Source: Euryarchaeota archaeon RBG_19FT_COMBO_56_21
GTDB taxonomy: Archaea > Thermoplasmatota > Thermoplasmata > UBA10834
Direction: 5' to 3'
NCBI GenBank assembly: GCA_001800815.1
Contig: MGWC01000061.1
Location: 11,193 to 75,192 of the forward strand
Length of the DNA stretch: 64,000 nt
A model generated the notes under the pieces. It had not been told where the DNA came from. It did no database searches and saw nothing but the letters and a program-made list of their open reading frames with translations. Position numbers and translations under genes: made by a program. Positions 7,997 to 18,619 of the stretch are shown here, piece after piece (the first letter of the stretch is position 1; every line of letters starts with the position of its first letter).

Positions 7997-9403
7997 TTGA
8001 CCGGCGTGAACGACCTGGACCTTTTCTTCAGACCGAAGTCCGTCGCGGTGATAGGTGCAACTCCGAGCTCGGGGAAGATAGGGAACATCATCATCGAGAA
8101 CCTCCTCGGAGAGGGCTTCAAGGGCAAGATATTCTTCGTGAACCCGAACTACAAGGAGATCCTTGGGATACCCTGCTACTCGTCTATCCTCGACTGTCCA
8201 GGACCCGTAGACATGGCGGTAATCGTCGTTCCAGCGCCGCTCGTGCCCGATGTGATGGAGCAGGTCGGAAAGAAGGGCACGAAAGCCGCGACAATCATCT
8301 CAGCAGGATTCTCAGAGGGCAGCGAGGAAGGAAAGGAGAGAGAGAAGGCGGTGTCCGAGATTGCGAGTAAGTACGGCATGCGCTTCGTCGGCCCGAACTC
8401 GCTCGGGGTGATTTCCCCCCACTCGAACCTGAACGCATCGTTCGCGAGGGCCTCGCCCATAGCTGGTCCGATCGCTTTCTTCTCTCAGAGCGGCGCGTTC
8501 TGCACCGCCGCGATCGAGTACTCCCTTGGAGAGAAGTTTGGGTTCTCCGCATTCGTGAGCTCAGGCAACAAGGCCAATATCGATGACGCCGACCTGGTGT
8601 CCTACTTCGCCAGGGATGCGAAGTCCAAGTGCATCGCAGCGTACATGGAATCCACGCGACGGGGGCAAGACCTGTTCAAGGCACTGGACAAAGCCTCCAA
8701 GAAGAAACCGATTGTGATCCTGAAAGCTGGTCGGTCAAAACGGGGAGCTAAGGCTGCGAGCTCTCACACGGGAGCGCTTGCAGGGTCGGATGCCTCTTTC
8801 GACGCCGTCTTCAAGCAGACGGGGGTCTACAGGGCGAAGACAATGTTCGAGCTGTTCGATGCTGCCCAGGCCCTCGCACATCAGCCACCCATGGTCGAGG
8901 ACGGTCTCGCAATAGTCACGAACGCAGGAGGCATGGGAGTGATCGCGACCGATTACGCGGAGGAGCTCGGGCTGGAGCTGTCAGAGCTGTCCAAGACGAC
9001 CCTGGATGAGATCGGCAAGGCCTGTCCCCCGACCTGGAGCTGGGGAAACCCAATCGACATCATAGGGGACGCGGACACAGCGAGGTATGCGAACGTTCTG
9101 AAGGTCGTCGGGCAAGCACCCGAGGTGAAAGGGATAATGGTCATAGCGGCGCGACAGGCCGCGACCAATCTTTACGAAACCGCAAAATGGATAGCTATCA
9201 CGGCGAAGCTGAGCGGAAAACCCACGGTCGCGTGCTTCGCGGGCATAGAGGACCCCGAATCCGAGAACTTCCTGGATTCGAGAGGCATCCCAGTCATGCC
9301 AGTCCCCGAGAGGGCGGTCACCGCACTCCACGCGCTCCGAGTCAGAGGAAGCTACCTGAGCAAGAAAGGGCTGCTCGACACTCCTCAACCGAACAGGTCC
9401 TGA
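7997..9403 (+). CDS. ADP-forming acetyl-CoA synthetase, alpha-type subunit (CoA-binding + CoA-ligase domains)
   Basis: PKSVAVIGAT..SGKIGN CoA-binding Rossmann fold, FFSQSGAF, and the phosphohistidine loop ASSHTGALAGS. The start is uncertain (TTG at 7997 or GTG at 8006). Confidence 0.8.
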   Translation: MTGVNDLDLFFRPKSVAVIGATPSSGKIGNIIIENLLGEGFKGKIFFVNPNYKEILGIPCYSSILDCPGPVDMAVIVVPAPLVPDVMEQVGKKGTKAATIISAGFSEGSEEGKEREKAVSEIASKYGMRFVGPNSLGVISPHSNLNASFARASPIAGPIAFFSQSGAFCTAAIEYSLGEKFGFSAFVSSGNKANIDDADLVSYFARDAKSKCIAAYMESTRRGQDLFKALDKASKKKPIVILKAGRSKRGAKAASSHTGALAGSDASFDAVFKQTGVYRAKTMFELFDAAQALAHQPPMVEDGLAIVTNAGGMGVIATDYAEELGLELSELSKTTLDEIGKACPPTWSWGNPIDIIGDADTARYANVLKVVGQAPEVKGIMVIAARQAATNLYETAKWIAITAKLSGKPTVACFAGIEDPESENFLDSRGIPVMPVPERAVTALHALRVRGSYLSKKGLLDTPQPNRS

Positions 9404-9514
9404 AGGATTATCACAGCGCCTATGGCGATGAAGACCAAGCTGGAGATGAAGGCGACCAAGACGAGCTTCATCATAGTCTGTCGGTCGTGAAGCATATCAA
9501 TGAGCGCCATTCGT

Positions 9515-10156
9515 TCAGACCTCTGCCCTGGCCTCCGCTTTGTTCTTGATCCGCTTCAGTCGGAAGATGTTGTCTCTCTCCATCTCCTCGAGCCTGAATG
9601 TGATGAAGCGTTCGATCTCCTCGAGCTCCGGTAGGATCTTGTATTCGAGCGCGTTGACCCGGCGTTTCGTGCGCTCGATCTCCTCCAGCAGCTTCTTCAT
9701 GGTGGTCTCAAGCTCGGCTGCTTTCACGACCGTCTCGACGAGGTTCTCGTAGGCCTCAGTAGCCTCGTCGATCCTCGGGGAAGTGCCTATGATGCCGTAA
9801 CCACGTTCCGTGAGAGGCGCGACGATCTTGCTCGACTTGATGTCAGGGACCACGACACCCATCAGGTTCCTGCTCCTGAGCTGTATCTCTGGATGGCCGG
9901 TGAGGGCATAGGATGCGGAGCGCACCGCGATGACACCATCGACCGCGCTCGCAATCGCTATCTTCTCGCTGGCTTCCTTGTACCTCCTGGCGATCTCAAC
10001 TCTGAGGTCCTTTGCCTGGTCGAGTATCTTGAAGAACTCGAGGATGAGCCCGTCCCGCTTCAGCTTGAGGATCTTGTAGCCATTCTGGGTCAACCTGATC
10101 TTCTTCTTGACCTCGAGCAGCTCTGACCTGGTTGGCTGTATCTCTCTGACCGGCAT
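9515..10156 (-). CDS. atpD: A-type ATP synthase subunit D
   Basis: The N-terminal PTRSELLEVKKKI...GYKILKLKRDGL coiled-coil pattern and its last position in the atp operon. Confidence 0.9.
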   Translation of the reverse strand: MPVREIQPTRSELLEVKKKIRLTQNGYKILKLKRDGLILEFFKILDQAKDLRVEIARRYKEASEKIAIASAVDGVIAVRSASYALTGHPEIQLRSRNLMGVVVPDIKSSKIVAPLTERGYGIIGTSPRIDEATEAYENLVETVVKAAELETTMKKLLEEIERTKRRVNALEYKILPELEEIERFITFRLEEMERDNIFRLKRIKNKAEARAEV

Positions 10157-10163
10157 TGTGTGC

Positions 10164-11543
10164 TCACTTCTTCTTCACAGTCGGGTGATACTTCTCGATG
10201 AACTTCCTGTCGATCTTCGTGAGTGAGTCCAAGGGCAACATTGATAGAAGCTCCCAGCCGAGTTCGAGTGTCTGCTCGATCGTGCGGTCCTCATCCTTGC
10301 CCTGGCGAACGAACCTGTCCTCGAATGCATCCGCGAAGTCCAGGAACTTCCTATCCCTATCTGACAGGGCCTCCTTGCCGACGATCGCGACCAGACCACG
10401 CAGATCTCTACCCTCCGCGTATCCGGCATACAACTGGTCCGAAACTGCCCTGTGATCCTCGCGAGTGCGGCCTGGGCCGATCCCTTGCCCCATTAGTCTC
10501 GATAGGGAGCGCTCGACGGCGATCGGTGGGAATATTCCTTTCCTGTGAAGGTCTCTGGACGCGACAATCTGTCCCTCCGTGATGTATCCGGTAAGGTCGG
10601 GAATGGGGTGCGTGATGTCGTCTCCCGGCATTGAGAGGATCGGGAACTGAGTGATTGAACCTTTCTTGTCCTTGATTCTCCCAGCCCGCTCGTACATGGA
10701 CGCCAGGTCGGTGTACATGTATCCAGGGTAACCCCGTCTCGCGGGTACTTCCTCTCTCGCGGCCCCGATCTGTCGCAGTGCCTCCGAGTAGTTCGTGATA
10801 TCTGTGAGTATCACGAGGACGTGCATCCCGAGATCGAAAGCGAGGTACTCCGCGGTGGTGAGCGCGAGTCTTGGAGTCAGCAGCCTCTCGATCGCAGGAT
10901 CGTCCGCGAGGTTGAGGAACACGACCGCCCTCTTCAGAGCGCCCGTCCTCTCGAAGTCCTTCATGAAGTATTGGGCCTCCTCGCTCGTAATGCCCATGGC
11001 GGCGAATACGACCGCGAACTCCTCCTTCCCGCCTAGGACCTTGGCCTGTCTCGCGATCTGTAACGCGATGTCGTTGTGCGGCAGACCAGCACCCGAGAAT
11101 ATCGGAAGCTTCTGACCGCGGACGAGCGTATTCATCCCGTCTATCGACGAGATTCCCGTCTGGATGAACTCCTGGGGGTTGTCCCTGGCCCACGGGTTGA
11201 TGGCTGCACCGATGATCTCCAGCCGCTTCTCCGGGATGATAGGGGGGCCGTTATCGAGTGGATCTCCAGAGCCGTTCAGTATCCTGCCGAGCATGTCCTT
11301 CGCAACGGGCATCTTGACGGTCTCTCCGAGGAACTTCACTCCCGAAGCCCTGTCGATGCCTCCCGTCCCCTCGAACACCTGGACAACCACGACCTCATCA
11401 GAGGTATCCAAGACCTGTCCTCTCTTCGTGCTCCCGTCTGGAAGCGTGATCTGCACGAGCTCGCCGAAGCCAATGGGTTCCGTCTTCTCTACGAAGACAA
11501 GCGGTCCTGCAATCTGGTTGATGGTGTGGTATTCCTTGGCCAT
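10164..11543 (-). CDS. atpB: A-type ATP synthase subunit B
   Basis: [20 protein letters not shown]... and strong overall A1 B-subunit similarity. The tracked ORF (to 11972) is an out-of-gene 5' extension overlapping atpA. AGGAGG lies 9 nt upstream of the ATG at 11543. Confidence 0.95.
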   Translation of the reverse strand: MAKEYHTINQIAGPLVFVEKTEPIGFGELVQITLPDGSTKRGQVLDTSDEVVVVQVFEGTGGIDRASGVKFLGETVKMPVAKDMLGRILNGSGDPLDNGPPIIPEKRLEIIGAAINPWARDNPQEFIQTGISSIDGMNTLVRGQKLPIFSGAGLPHNDIALQIARQAKVLGGKEEFAVVFAAMGITSEEAQYFMKDFERTGALKRAVVFLNLADDPAIERLLTPRLALTTAEYLAFDLGMHVLVILTDITNYSEALRQIGAAREEVPARRGYPGYMYTDLASMYERAGRIKDKKGSITQFPILSMPGDDITHPIPDLTGYITEGQIVASRDLHRKGIFPPIAVERSLSRLMGQGIGPGRTREDHRAVSDQLYAGYAEGRDLRGLVAIVGKEALSDRDRKFLDFADAFEDRFVRQGKDEDRTIEQTLELGWELLSMLPLDSLTKIDRKFIEKYHPTVKKK

Positions 11544-11548
11544 CTGTC

Positions 11549-13285
11549 TCATCCTCCTAGAGAGGCGAACTGCTTGTCCATTTCTGCGGTGACCTTCTTC
11601 AGGTCGGCATCGATCGTCTCCTCGAACTTCAGCTTCCCGAGGTCCGCCCTGCACGGGAGCGTGGAAATCCTCTCGAGGGGGACCTCGAGAGATATCGCCT
11701 TCTTCGCGTGCTCGGAAAACCTCTTGATCGCGCTCATGTATTCGTACTGCCTCTTGAGTGGGCTGTATGTGTCTACTGCGTGGTACGCGCTCTGCTGCAG
11801 GAAGAACTCCCTTATCATTCTGGCGACATCGAGCGTCAACCTCTGCTCCTCGGGCAGCGCATCCGAACCGACGAGCTGGACAATCTCCTGCAGCTCCGAC
11901 TCCTTCTGTAGCGTCTCCATCGCCCAGAGCCGCACCTGGTTCCAGTCCTCGGCGACGTTCTTCCTGTACCAATCCTCGAGAATCGGGCTATAGAGGCTGT
12001 ACGAGGTCAGCCAGTTAATCGCTGGGAAGTGCCTTCTCTCTCTGAGTTTTGAATCGAGCGCCCAGAACACCTTGACGATCCTGAGGGTATTCTGAGTGAC
12101 GGGCTCGCTGAAGTCGCCTCCCGACGGAGATACCGCACCGATGACCGAAATCGATCCAATCCCTCCTGAGAACACCTTGACGCGGCCGCATCGCTCATAG
12201 AATTCCGAGAGCCTCGCCGCGAGATAGGCGGGATATCCCTCCTCACCGGGCATCTCCTCCAACCGTGACGATATCTCTCTCATGGCCTCAGCCCACCTAG
12301 AGGTTGAGTCGGCCATCAGTGAGACGTCGTAGCCCATATCCCTGTAGTATTCGGCCACTGTGATTCCCGTATAAACGGACGCCTCTCTCGCAGCGACCGG
12401 CATGTTGGAGGTGTTCGCTATGAGAACCGTCCTGCCCATCAGGGGCTTCCCGGTCTTTGGATCCTCCAGCTCGGGGAACGTAGTCAGAACCTCTGTCATC
12501 TCGTTTCCCCTCTCGCCACAACCTACATAGATGACTATCTGCGCATCACTCCACTTTGAGAGCTGTTGCGATGTGACGGTCTTTCCTGTTCCGAACCCGC
12601 CTGGAATCGCCGCCGTGCCGCCCTTGGCGAGCGGGAACAGCAGGTCGAGCACCCGTTGGCCTGTAACGAGCGGAATATCGGGCATCAGCTTCTCGACATA
12701 CGGCCTCGCCTGCCTTACTGGCCACCTCTGCATTAGTCTGAGCTCATACCCAGAATCCAACTGACCGACAACATCCTCCACGGTGAAGTTCCCAGACGAA
12801 ATGTTCTTGACTTTCCCCTTCGCGTCGCTCGGCGCGAGAACTCTGTGGACAATATTGCCCTCCGGGACCTCGCCGAGTATTGCGCCGCGACCTATCTCGT
12901 CACCCTTTTTGACGAGGGGGGTGAACTCCCACTTCTTCTTCCTGTCAAGGCCGGGAGCTGTGATGCCTCGTGATACGAAGTCGCCCTGATTCTCCCTCAG
13001 GACAGGCAGAGGCCTCTGAACTCCATCGTACACGCTCGATAGCAGTCCCGGCCCGAGCTCGACCTGGAGCGGAGCCCCAGTATCGACGACTTCTTCGCCA
13101 GGCCTGATTCCTGAGGTGTCTTCGTAGACCTGGATGACTGTCTTCTTGCCAACGAGCTTGATCACTTCGCCCATGAGCTTGAGCTCGCCAACCAAGACGA
13201 CGTCGTACATCCTCGGGGAAATGCCCTCCGCCGTGACGACCGGCCCTGCGACTCTGCTTATCCTTCCCGTTTCCTTCGTAGCCAT
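11549..13285 (-). CDS. atpA: A-type ATP synthase catalytic subunit A
   Basis: Walker A GGFGTGKT and the non-homologous-region layout. At 578 aa there is no intein. The ATG at 13285 is preceded by GGGAG. The GTG at 13300 is an alternative. Confidence 0.95.
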   Translation of the reverse strand: MATKETGRISRVAGPVVTAEGISPRMYDVVLVGELKLMGEVIKLVGKKTVIQVYEDTSGIRPGEEVVDTGAPLQVELGPGLLSSVYDGVQRPLPVLRENQGDFVSRGITAPGLDRKKKWEFTPLVKKGDEIGRGAILGEVPEGNIVHRVLAPSDAKGKVKNISSGNFTVEDVVGQLDSGYELRLMQRWPVRQARPYVEKLMPDIPLVTGQRVLDLLFPLAKGGTAAIPGGFGTGKTVTSQQLSKWSDAQIVIYVGCGERGNEMTEVLTTFPELEDPKTGKPLMGRTVLIANTSNMPVAAREASVYTGITVAEYYRDMGYDVSLMADSTSRWAEAMREISSRLEEMPGEEGYPAYLAARLSEFYERCGRVKVFSGGIGSISVIGAVSPSGGDFSEPVTQNTLRIVKVFWALDSKLRERRHFPAINWLTSYSLYSPILEDWYRKNVAEDWNQVRLWAMETLQKESELQEIVQLVGSDALPEEQRLTLDVARMIREFFLQQSAYHAVDTYSPLKRQYEYMSAIKRFSEHAKKAISLEVPLERISTLPCRADLGKLKFEETIDADLKKVTAEMDKQFASLGG

Positions 13286-13299
13286 ATGACCAGCTCCCA

Positions 13300-13599
13300 C
13301 TACTTTGACTTGTAAAGGTCGATACCCATCGCCCTTCGAACCTTATCTCTCATATCGCCTTCGTCGAGCCCGACTGGTATGACGACGGGGTCGACGCTCT
13401 CCATCATCTTTGTCCTCAGCTGAGCCGGCAACCCCTCGAGGTCCTTCGTGTAGACCGCGAGTATGCCGACATCCTGTTCATCCATGACCTTGACGACCGT
13501 CTCCATCAGTTTGTCCGGTGTGACGGCGTACACTTTTCTGATGCCTGCCAGGCGGAACCCCGTCACGAACTCCTCAGTGCCCACGACAGCGATCTGCAT
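13300..13599 (-). CDS. atpF: A-type ATP synthase subunit F
   Basis: 99 aa, [20 protein letters not shown]..., plus operon position. Confidence 0.9.
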   Translation of the reverse strand: MQIAVVGTEEFVTGFRLAGIRKVYAVTPDKLMETVVKVMDEQDVGILAVYTKDLEGLPAQLRTKMMESVDPVVIPVGLDEGDMRDKVRRAMGIDLYKSK

Positions 13600-13600
13600 C

Positions 13601-14671
13601 TCACACCACCAGCAGGTCCTCGATGACCTTTGTCGAGAGGCTGCTTGCCTTGCCTCTCGTGATTATCCTTATGTTGTCCACTTCCACCTTCTTGCGTATC
13701 ATGTAGTTGACTATCGGCAGGACCGAGAGCGGGTAGAAGTGGGCGAATTTCTCGCTCTTGCCTATCAGCGCCCTGTCCAACGCGATCGTGATGCCCGAGA
13801 GCTTCCTGTCCGTCTTGAAGCGCTCGAGTGGCTCCCTTATGTCGGTGTACATTGAGGACTTCTCGAGCTCCTCGATGACCGGTGGCATCCCCTCCGCCTG
13901 TGCGAGCGCGCGCAGTTTCTCGATGCTGTAGTCCATGCCGCCCGGTATCAGATACTTCGCGATCTTGTCCTCGGGGATGCGCTCGGCCTTCAGTTTCAGG
14001 AGCACTTTGAGATTCGTCACGTCAATTTCCTCCCTGACGAAATCTCTGAGCAGTTTGTCTGCGCTGACTGCCTCCTTGACCACTTTGAGGAGATCGTAGT
14101 ACATCCTCTGGTCCAGGTGGTCCTCCAAGGGTGCCAGTCTCCCCGCATCCACGACTTCCCTGACGAGTTCGGGGGTGATCGCGAGTGCGGGGTCCGCGGC
14201 GAGTGCGTCCATGATCTCGGAGACCGAGCCTAGCTGCACCAAGGACTTCAAGTATGTCTCTGAGTAGGCGCCTGCCGGGACGAATGTGTCGACAATCTCG
14301 TCGACCTTGACATTCGTTATCTTGCCTCTGAGCAGCGTCTTGACGTTGTAGATGTCCCAGCGCTTCAGGTAGTTCCCGACCATCTCTCTCAGGTGGCCAG
14401 TTGTGAAGCTGAGTATGTCGGAATATGTGTTCGCGAGGTTTCGCGTGACCGCCACCTCAACCAGGTTGGCACCCAAATACCCAGCAGCGTACTTCGCCAT
14501 CTCCTCACGGTACTGGGTCTCTCCGAGGAACCTGCCCACTTCGTGCACGTCCATGACGAGAAGGCGGGAGTAGACATCCTTCGAAAGGAGGAATCTCTTC
14601 TTCGCCTTCACGCGAGTACACGCGTATGCATAATTGCCCCGGTTGCCCGCAAACCACATGTTCCAAATCAC
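13601..14671 (-). CDS. atpC: A-type ATP synthase subunit C
   Basis: 356 aa helical protein starting NYAYACTRVKAKK..LL, plus operon position. Confidence 0.9.
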   Translation of the reverse strand: MIWNMWFAGNRGNYAYACTRVKAKKRFLLSKDVYSRLLVMDVHEVGRFLGETQYREEMAKYAAGYLGANLVEVAVTRNLANTYSDILSFTTGHLREMVGNYLKRWDIYNVKTLLRGKITNVKVDEIVDTFVPAGAYSETYLKSLVQLGSVSEIMDALAADPALAITPELVREVVDAGRLAPLEDHLDQRMYYDLLKVVKEAVSADKLLRDFVREEIDVTNLKVLLKLKAERIPEDKIAKYLIPGGMDYSIEKLRALAQAEGMPPVIEELEKSSMYTDIREPLERFKTDRKLSGITIALDRALIGKSEKFAHFYPLSVLPIVNYMIRKKVEVDNIRIITRGKASSLSTKVIEDLLVV

Positions 14672-15225
14672 CCGAACAGCTTAGTGTATATCTCCCGCAT
14701 CTGCCCGTTCCAGACATCGTTCAGAACGCTCTCGAACCGGTAGTCTAGACGCACGCTCCTGTCCTTGCTCTCGAATATGAGCCCGCCTGCGCAGTCAATG
14801 ACTCCTCCATTGGTCATTCCCGAGGGCAGCTGCAGCATCGACTTGTCCGCCTTGTTCGAGTACACGTAGCAGTCCCCAAGCTCCTTCTTCGCCTTAGCGA
14901 TGAGCTTCGAATAGATCTTCTTGCGTTTGTCCGAAGGGTAGCTGGCCAGCTCCTCGAGCGACTGCGACCTGAGATCCTCCATGACCTTCCGCTGTGCGGC
15001 CAGGTGCGTCTTCTTCGATTCCAGCTCTGCGCTCGAGAGTTCCTGCTGTTCCATCTGGATGACCGCGGTTTCGGCCTTCTTCTCGCTCTTCCTCCGGTTC
15101 TCCTCGATCCTCTTGTCTGCCTGGAGCAACTGCTCGTCCCGCTCCTTCTCTCCGAGTCGGATGATCTCCTGCTTCTTCTCCTCCCCGCGTCGGAGGATAT
15201 CCTCAACTACCTTGTTCAGGCTCAT
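14668..15225 (-). CDS. atpE: A-type ATP synthase subunit E
   Basis: 185 aa with a charged N-terminal coiled coil and a globular C-terminus. It overlaps atpC by 4 nt. Confidence 0.85.
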   Translation of the reverse strand: MSLNKVVEDILRRGEEKKQEIIRLGEKERDEQLLQADKRIEENRRKSEKKAETAVIQMEQQELSSAELESKKTHLAAQRKVMEDLRSQSLEELASYPSDKRKKIYSKLIAKAKKELGDCYVYSNKADKSMLQLPSGMTNGGVIDCAGGLIFESKDRSVRLDYRFESVLNDVWNGQMREIYTKLFG

Positions 15226-15284
15226 AGCCTCTCAGCTCCTTGGTGGACCGCCGCGTCCCGATATCACCGGTTCGATCTCCATGC

Positions 15285-15524
15285 TCACGTCTTGCCCAGC
15301 AACAGGAACGCCACGACGAACCCGAGGATGACGATCGTCTCGGGCAAGACCATCAGGATCATGCCCTTTCCGAACATCTTGGGGTCTTCTGCCGTCGCGC
15401 CCACTGCCGCTGCACCAATCTGGGCCTGCGCGATACCCGTGCCGAGGCCCGCGACACCAATCGCGATGCCTGCACCGATCAACGCAAGGCCGGCTCCTAC
15501 CGCTGTTCCCGGATCTAGTGCCAT
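15285..15524 (-). CDS. atpK: A-type ATP synthase proteolipid subunit K (c)
   Basis: 79 aa with two Gly/Ala-rich TM helices and the ion-binding Glu in LPETIVILG. Confidence 0.9.
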   Translation of the reverse strand: MALDPGTAVGAGLALIGAGIAIGVAGLGTGIAQAQIGAAAVGATAEDPKMFGKGMILMVLPETIVILGFVVAFLLLGKT

Positions 15525-15537
15525 TCTTTCTTGCCTC

Positions 15538-17529
15538 CTATTTTGTTGCGACTGAGTGTTTCCTTTCGTAGCTCAAGGGCTGGAAGTCAGTGCCTCCGCC
15601 CTCGAAGAACTTGAGGAAGAACTCCACATAGTTCAACCTGATAGCCTGGATACCCGCTGATAGGGCTCCCAGGAAGAACACGAAGAACATCTGGGTGACG
15701 AATAGCGCGAGTGCGCCCAGAATAGCGACGCCGATGTTCCCGCTGTCGAATATGAGCGGGAACAGAATCGTGTTGAACGCAAGCGCCATGGCGCCCTTGC
15801 CTACCGCTAGGGCGGCCAATCTTGCGTATGACACGAGGTTTGTGAACAGTCCGATGACCTCTGTCAGTGCCAGCGGACCTTCTGTGAAGGGAAGTGCGAT
15901 TACCCCGAGCAGTATCAACACGACTGCTGGGATTGAGATATCGACACCTATCAGGGACATTGACGAGTCTGGCATGAAACCGTAGATGGTCGCATTGACG
16001 AATGTGCTGGTCTCCGTTGCATTGCCCGCGATGACCATGATCTCCTCGAATAATCCGAAGAGTATGACCGCCCACGCGATCTTGCCGAACGCGTGCTTCC
16101 TGTTGTGATGATAGTGATTATAGAATCCGAACACGAGTCCCAGGGTCAGGTGAATCCAGCCCACGAAAAGCGAAATGCCCAGCATCTCCTGCGTGTCGTG
16201 CATCTTGTCAAGAATCGGGTGTATCGGGATGTTGGCAACGACCTCCCAGGAGGCTTCGTCGTGAGCTTCAGCCGGCGGATGGAAGGGAACCCCGAACGCC
16301 TCAGCGAACAGGAAGACCCCGAAGACGCTGGCCAATAACCCGCCTGCGAGCACGATTGTTCCGAGCTTGTACAGGTCGGGGCTCGACTTCATCTTCCAGC
16401 GCATGATCGCGCCTAACGCCATCAGGCCGAGACCGAAGCCAAGGTCGCCGATCATGAACCCGAAGAAGAGCGGGAACGTGATGAACAGGACCAAGGTAGG
16501 GTCTATCTCCTCGTACTTTGGAGTCGACACGAGGTTGATGAAGAACTCGAAAGGCTTGACAGGCTTTGGGTTCTTGAGCTTCACCGGGGGTTCCTCGTGC
16601 TTCTCGGGACTCACGGTCTCGATGAACGCGAGGCCGCAACACATGGTGTCCAGGGCCGTCGTTATCTCTTCTACACGGGAGGTCGGAACCCACCCGTCGA
16701 TGACGAAGGAGTTTGCCGATGTGGCGACGCGAAGGGGCGTCTCCGCCTTGAGTATCTCGATTGAGAGGTGCTCCTCCGAGCTGATGATGAAGTCTGCGAA
16801 CTGCTTCCGGATAGCATCGAGGTCGGCCTCGATTCTTGCCAGGTCCGCATCGAGTTCTTTTATCTGCTTGCGCAGTTGGACCACTATCTCGTCGGGATCG
16901 CCCTTCACTTTTGGCAGTTTGAGCTCCTGAAAGGCGTGCTCTGCCAGTATCTTCATGGCTTCAGTCCGATCCTCGTTCCTGACGAACGCTGCGATGACGA
17001 CATCAGATTTCCTGGAGTCGACGAAGACCTCGCATTCGGACACTTTGCCTTTCAGGGCGGCGCCCGGGTCAGTCCTGCATGTTCCGACGAAGCTCGAGAG
17101 GTTGTCATAACCGTCGTAGAGCTCCACCGCGATCGCGAAAGGGATGATTGGCTCCAGGGCCCTAATCTCTCCTTCTTTCTCCCTAACCAATGCTTGTATC
17201 TTCTGGCGAGAATCTGCCTTGCTAGATGTATTGAGGTCCAGAGTGACGAGTGCTTGATCCATCCGCGACCTGATGTCGTGGACATGCATGGGGTGGATTG
17301 GCTTGTGCTCCTCGATTTCGAGGGACCGCATCATCGCCCTGAGCTTAAGGAGCTTCTGAGAGGTGTCAGATGCTTTCGGGAGCGGCTGACCGATGCTGAA
17401 TTCCTCATCCTGGTCCGTGAAGTCTATCAGATGGAGTATGCCCAACTCGTAGAGGCACTCGATCGTCGTATCGAGGCTTTCTATCGACCCGACGACAACG
17501 GCCCGGGTCATCTCCTCTGGCTTAAGCAT
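15538..17529 (-). CDS. atpI: A-type ATP synthase subunit I (a)
   Basis: About 663 aa from MLKPEEMTRAVVVG, with a soluble N-terminal half and a multi-TM C-terminal half containing the conserved YARLAALAV Arg. The tracked 5' extension (to 17631) overlaps atpH. Confidence 0.9.
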   Translation of the reverse strand: MLKPEEMTRAVVVGSIESLDTTIECLYELGILHLIDFTDQDEEFSIGQPLPKASDTSQKLLKLRAMMRSLEIEEHKPIHPMHVHDIRSRMDQALVTLDLNTSSKADSRQKIQALVREKEGEIRALEPIIPFAIAVELYDGYDNLSSFVGTCRTDPGAALKGKVSECEVFVDSRKSDVVIAAFVRNEDRTEAMKILAEHAFQELKLPKVKGDPDEIVVQLRKQIKELDADLARIEADLDAIRKQFADFIISSEEHLSIEILKAETPLRVATSANSFVIDGWVPTSRVEEITTALDTMCCGLAFIETVSPEKHEEPPVKLKNPKPVKPFEFFINLVSTPKYEEIDPTLVLFITFPLFFGFMIGDLGFGLGLMALGAIMRWKMKSSPDLYKLGTIVLAGGLLASVFGVFLFAEAFGVPFHPPAEAHDEASWEVVANIPIHPILDKMHDTQEMLGISLFVGWIHLTLGLVFGFYNHYHHNRKHAFGKIAWAVILFGLFEEIMVIAGNATETSTFVNATIYGFMPDSSMSLIGVDISIPAVVLILLGVIALPFTEGPLALTEVIGLFTNLVSYARLAALAVGKGAMALAFNTILFPLIFDSGNIGVAILGALALFVTQMFFVFFLGALSAGIQAIRLNYVEFFLKFFEGGGTDFQPLSYERKHSVATK

Positions 17530-17857
17530 CAATCGTCCTCTCAAACTCGGAAAGAACGAACTCCTTTGCCGTGCCCATGCGATTCTGGGCGGTGGCGGCC
17601 AGTGCGGCGGCCTTCTTCTCCCCTTCGGCAAGGACCGTCCTCTTCTTCTGGTCGATCCGCGATTGGGCCTCGGCCATCCTGGCGTCCAGCTGCTTCCTGA
17701 GAGTCGCTTCCGCGCCGTCTGTTCTCAAAATCGCCGCACGCTTCCCCTCGGCCTGGAGCTGCCGCCTCTTCTCCTCGGCCTCCTTCGTCAATGAGCGGAC
17801 TTTTTCTTCCGCATCCTTTATTTGGCGGAGTATGTCGGCCTTGCCCAAGTCAGACAC
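17522..17857 (-). CDS. atpH: A-type ATP synthase subunit H
   Basis: About 111-aa charged helical protein (VSDLGKADILRQIKDAEEK...). The GTG at 17857 lies about 29 nt downstream of a TATA box. The tracked Met at 17938 would begin upstream of the predicted promoter. Confidence 0.7.
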   Translation of the reverse strand: MSDLGKADILRQIKDAEEKVRSLTKEAEEKRRQLQAEGKRAAILRTDGAEATLRKQLDARMAEAQSRIDQKKRTVLAEGEKKAAALAATAQNRMGTAKEFVLSEFERTIDA

Positions 17858-17881
17858 GTCCAGTCGCTGATGCGGGTTTCG

Positions 17882-17890
17882 ATATAAATA
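17882..17890 (-). promoter_or_regulatory. TATA box (TATTTATAT on the minus strand) of the atpHIKECFABD operon
   Basis: Located about 29 nt upstream of the atpH GTG. The spacing matches the other predicted leaderless promoters in this window. Confidence 0.45.
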
Positions 17891-17984
17891 GCCTACGGGG
17901 TTCGGATTTTTCGATTTATTTCTACGATAATTCGACAATCAACGACAAACCGGGTCCTGATTCGATGATAGCGAGGCTGCTTCG

Positions 17985-18485
17985 CTACTTCCGCAGCTTC
18001 TCCGCGAACAGTCTTTTGTCCATCCTAGTGACCTTGATCCCGGCCTGCTTGAGCAGCTCGACCCCCGTCAAATCCGAGTAATCATCGATGTAGACTACTC
18101 GGGCGACCTGAGCATTCAGGATCATGCGCGCGCAGATCGGGCACGGGACGATTGTCGAGTACATTGTGGATGCGCGCGCGTTCGTACCTGCTTGTATCAA
18201 GGCGTTCTGCTCCGCGTGAACGGCCGTACAAGTCTCCAGTCTAGTGCCCGAAGGGATTCCGAGCTTGTCTCTGATGCACCCGATCTCATGGCAATGCGGG
18301 AGACCCCTTGGGTTCCCGTTGTATCCCGAACTCTTGATCTCACCGACATCGCTGACAACAATGGCGCCTATCTGCCTTCGGGTGCAGGTGCTCCTCCGGG
18401 AGACCTCGATCGCGATGTTCATGAAGTACTCGTCTTTCGATATGCGAGCGTTCTTCCCGTGGGTCTTCTCCGCTGCCACCTGCAA
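17985..18485 (-). CDS. dCMP deaminase (ComEB-type cytidine/deoxycytidylate deaminase)
   Basis: DEYFMNIA..S.RSTC, HAEQNA and PCPICARM zinc-ligand motifs. Confidence 0.85.
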   Translation of the reverse strand: MQVAAEKTHGKNARISKDEYFMNIAIEVSRRSTCTRRQIGAIVVSDVGEIKSSGYNGNPRGLPHCHEIGCIRDKLGIPSGTRLETCTAVHAEQNALIQAGTNARASTMYSTIVPCPICARMILNAQVARVVYIDDYSDLTGVELLKQAGIKVTRMDKRLFAEKLRK

Positions 18486-18619
18486 CCCCGCGGCCTCAAT
18501 CCCATATTGGCATTTCTAGCTTTGCCTCGGATTGCAGCGTGCGCCAGCGCCCCCGCATGCATGGGAAAGGGTAGAAATAGAGATGGGACTCTACGAAACG
18601 CCGTTCAAAGGCAATTCGA

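Noticed and set aside
10408-11993. Long alternative-frame and antisense ORFs inside atpB/atpA (10408-11193 minus, 11076-11993 plus, 11164-11592 plus), plus the 5' extension of the tracked atpB ORF to 11972.
   Set aside because: They overlap unmistakable ATP synthase coding sequence. Their products are Arg/Gly/Pro-rich low-complexity strings typical of off-frame translation of GC-rich genes. The atpB extension overlaps atpA, while an AGGAGG precedes the internal ATG at 11543.
11549-13285. An intein search in atpA, and likewise in mcm (48505-50550) and polB (6507-7961).
   Set aside because: The lengths (578, 681 and 484 aa) match intein-free orthologs. No Cys/Ser...HN splice-junction insert interrupts the catalytic motifs.
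16768-17700. A 310-aa plus-strand ORF antisense to atpI/atpH.
   Set aside because: It is antisense to a well-supported operon, has no recognisable motifs or start signals, and its composition is consistent with a GC-rich shadow ORF.
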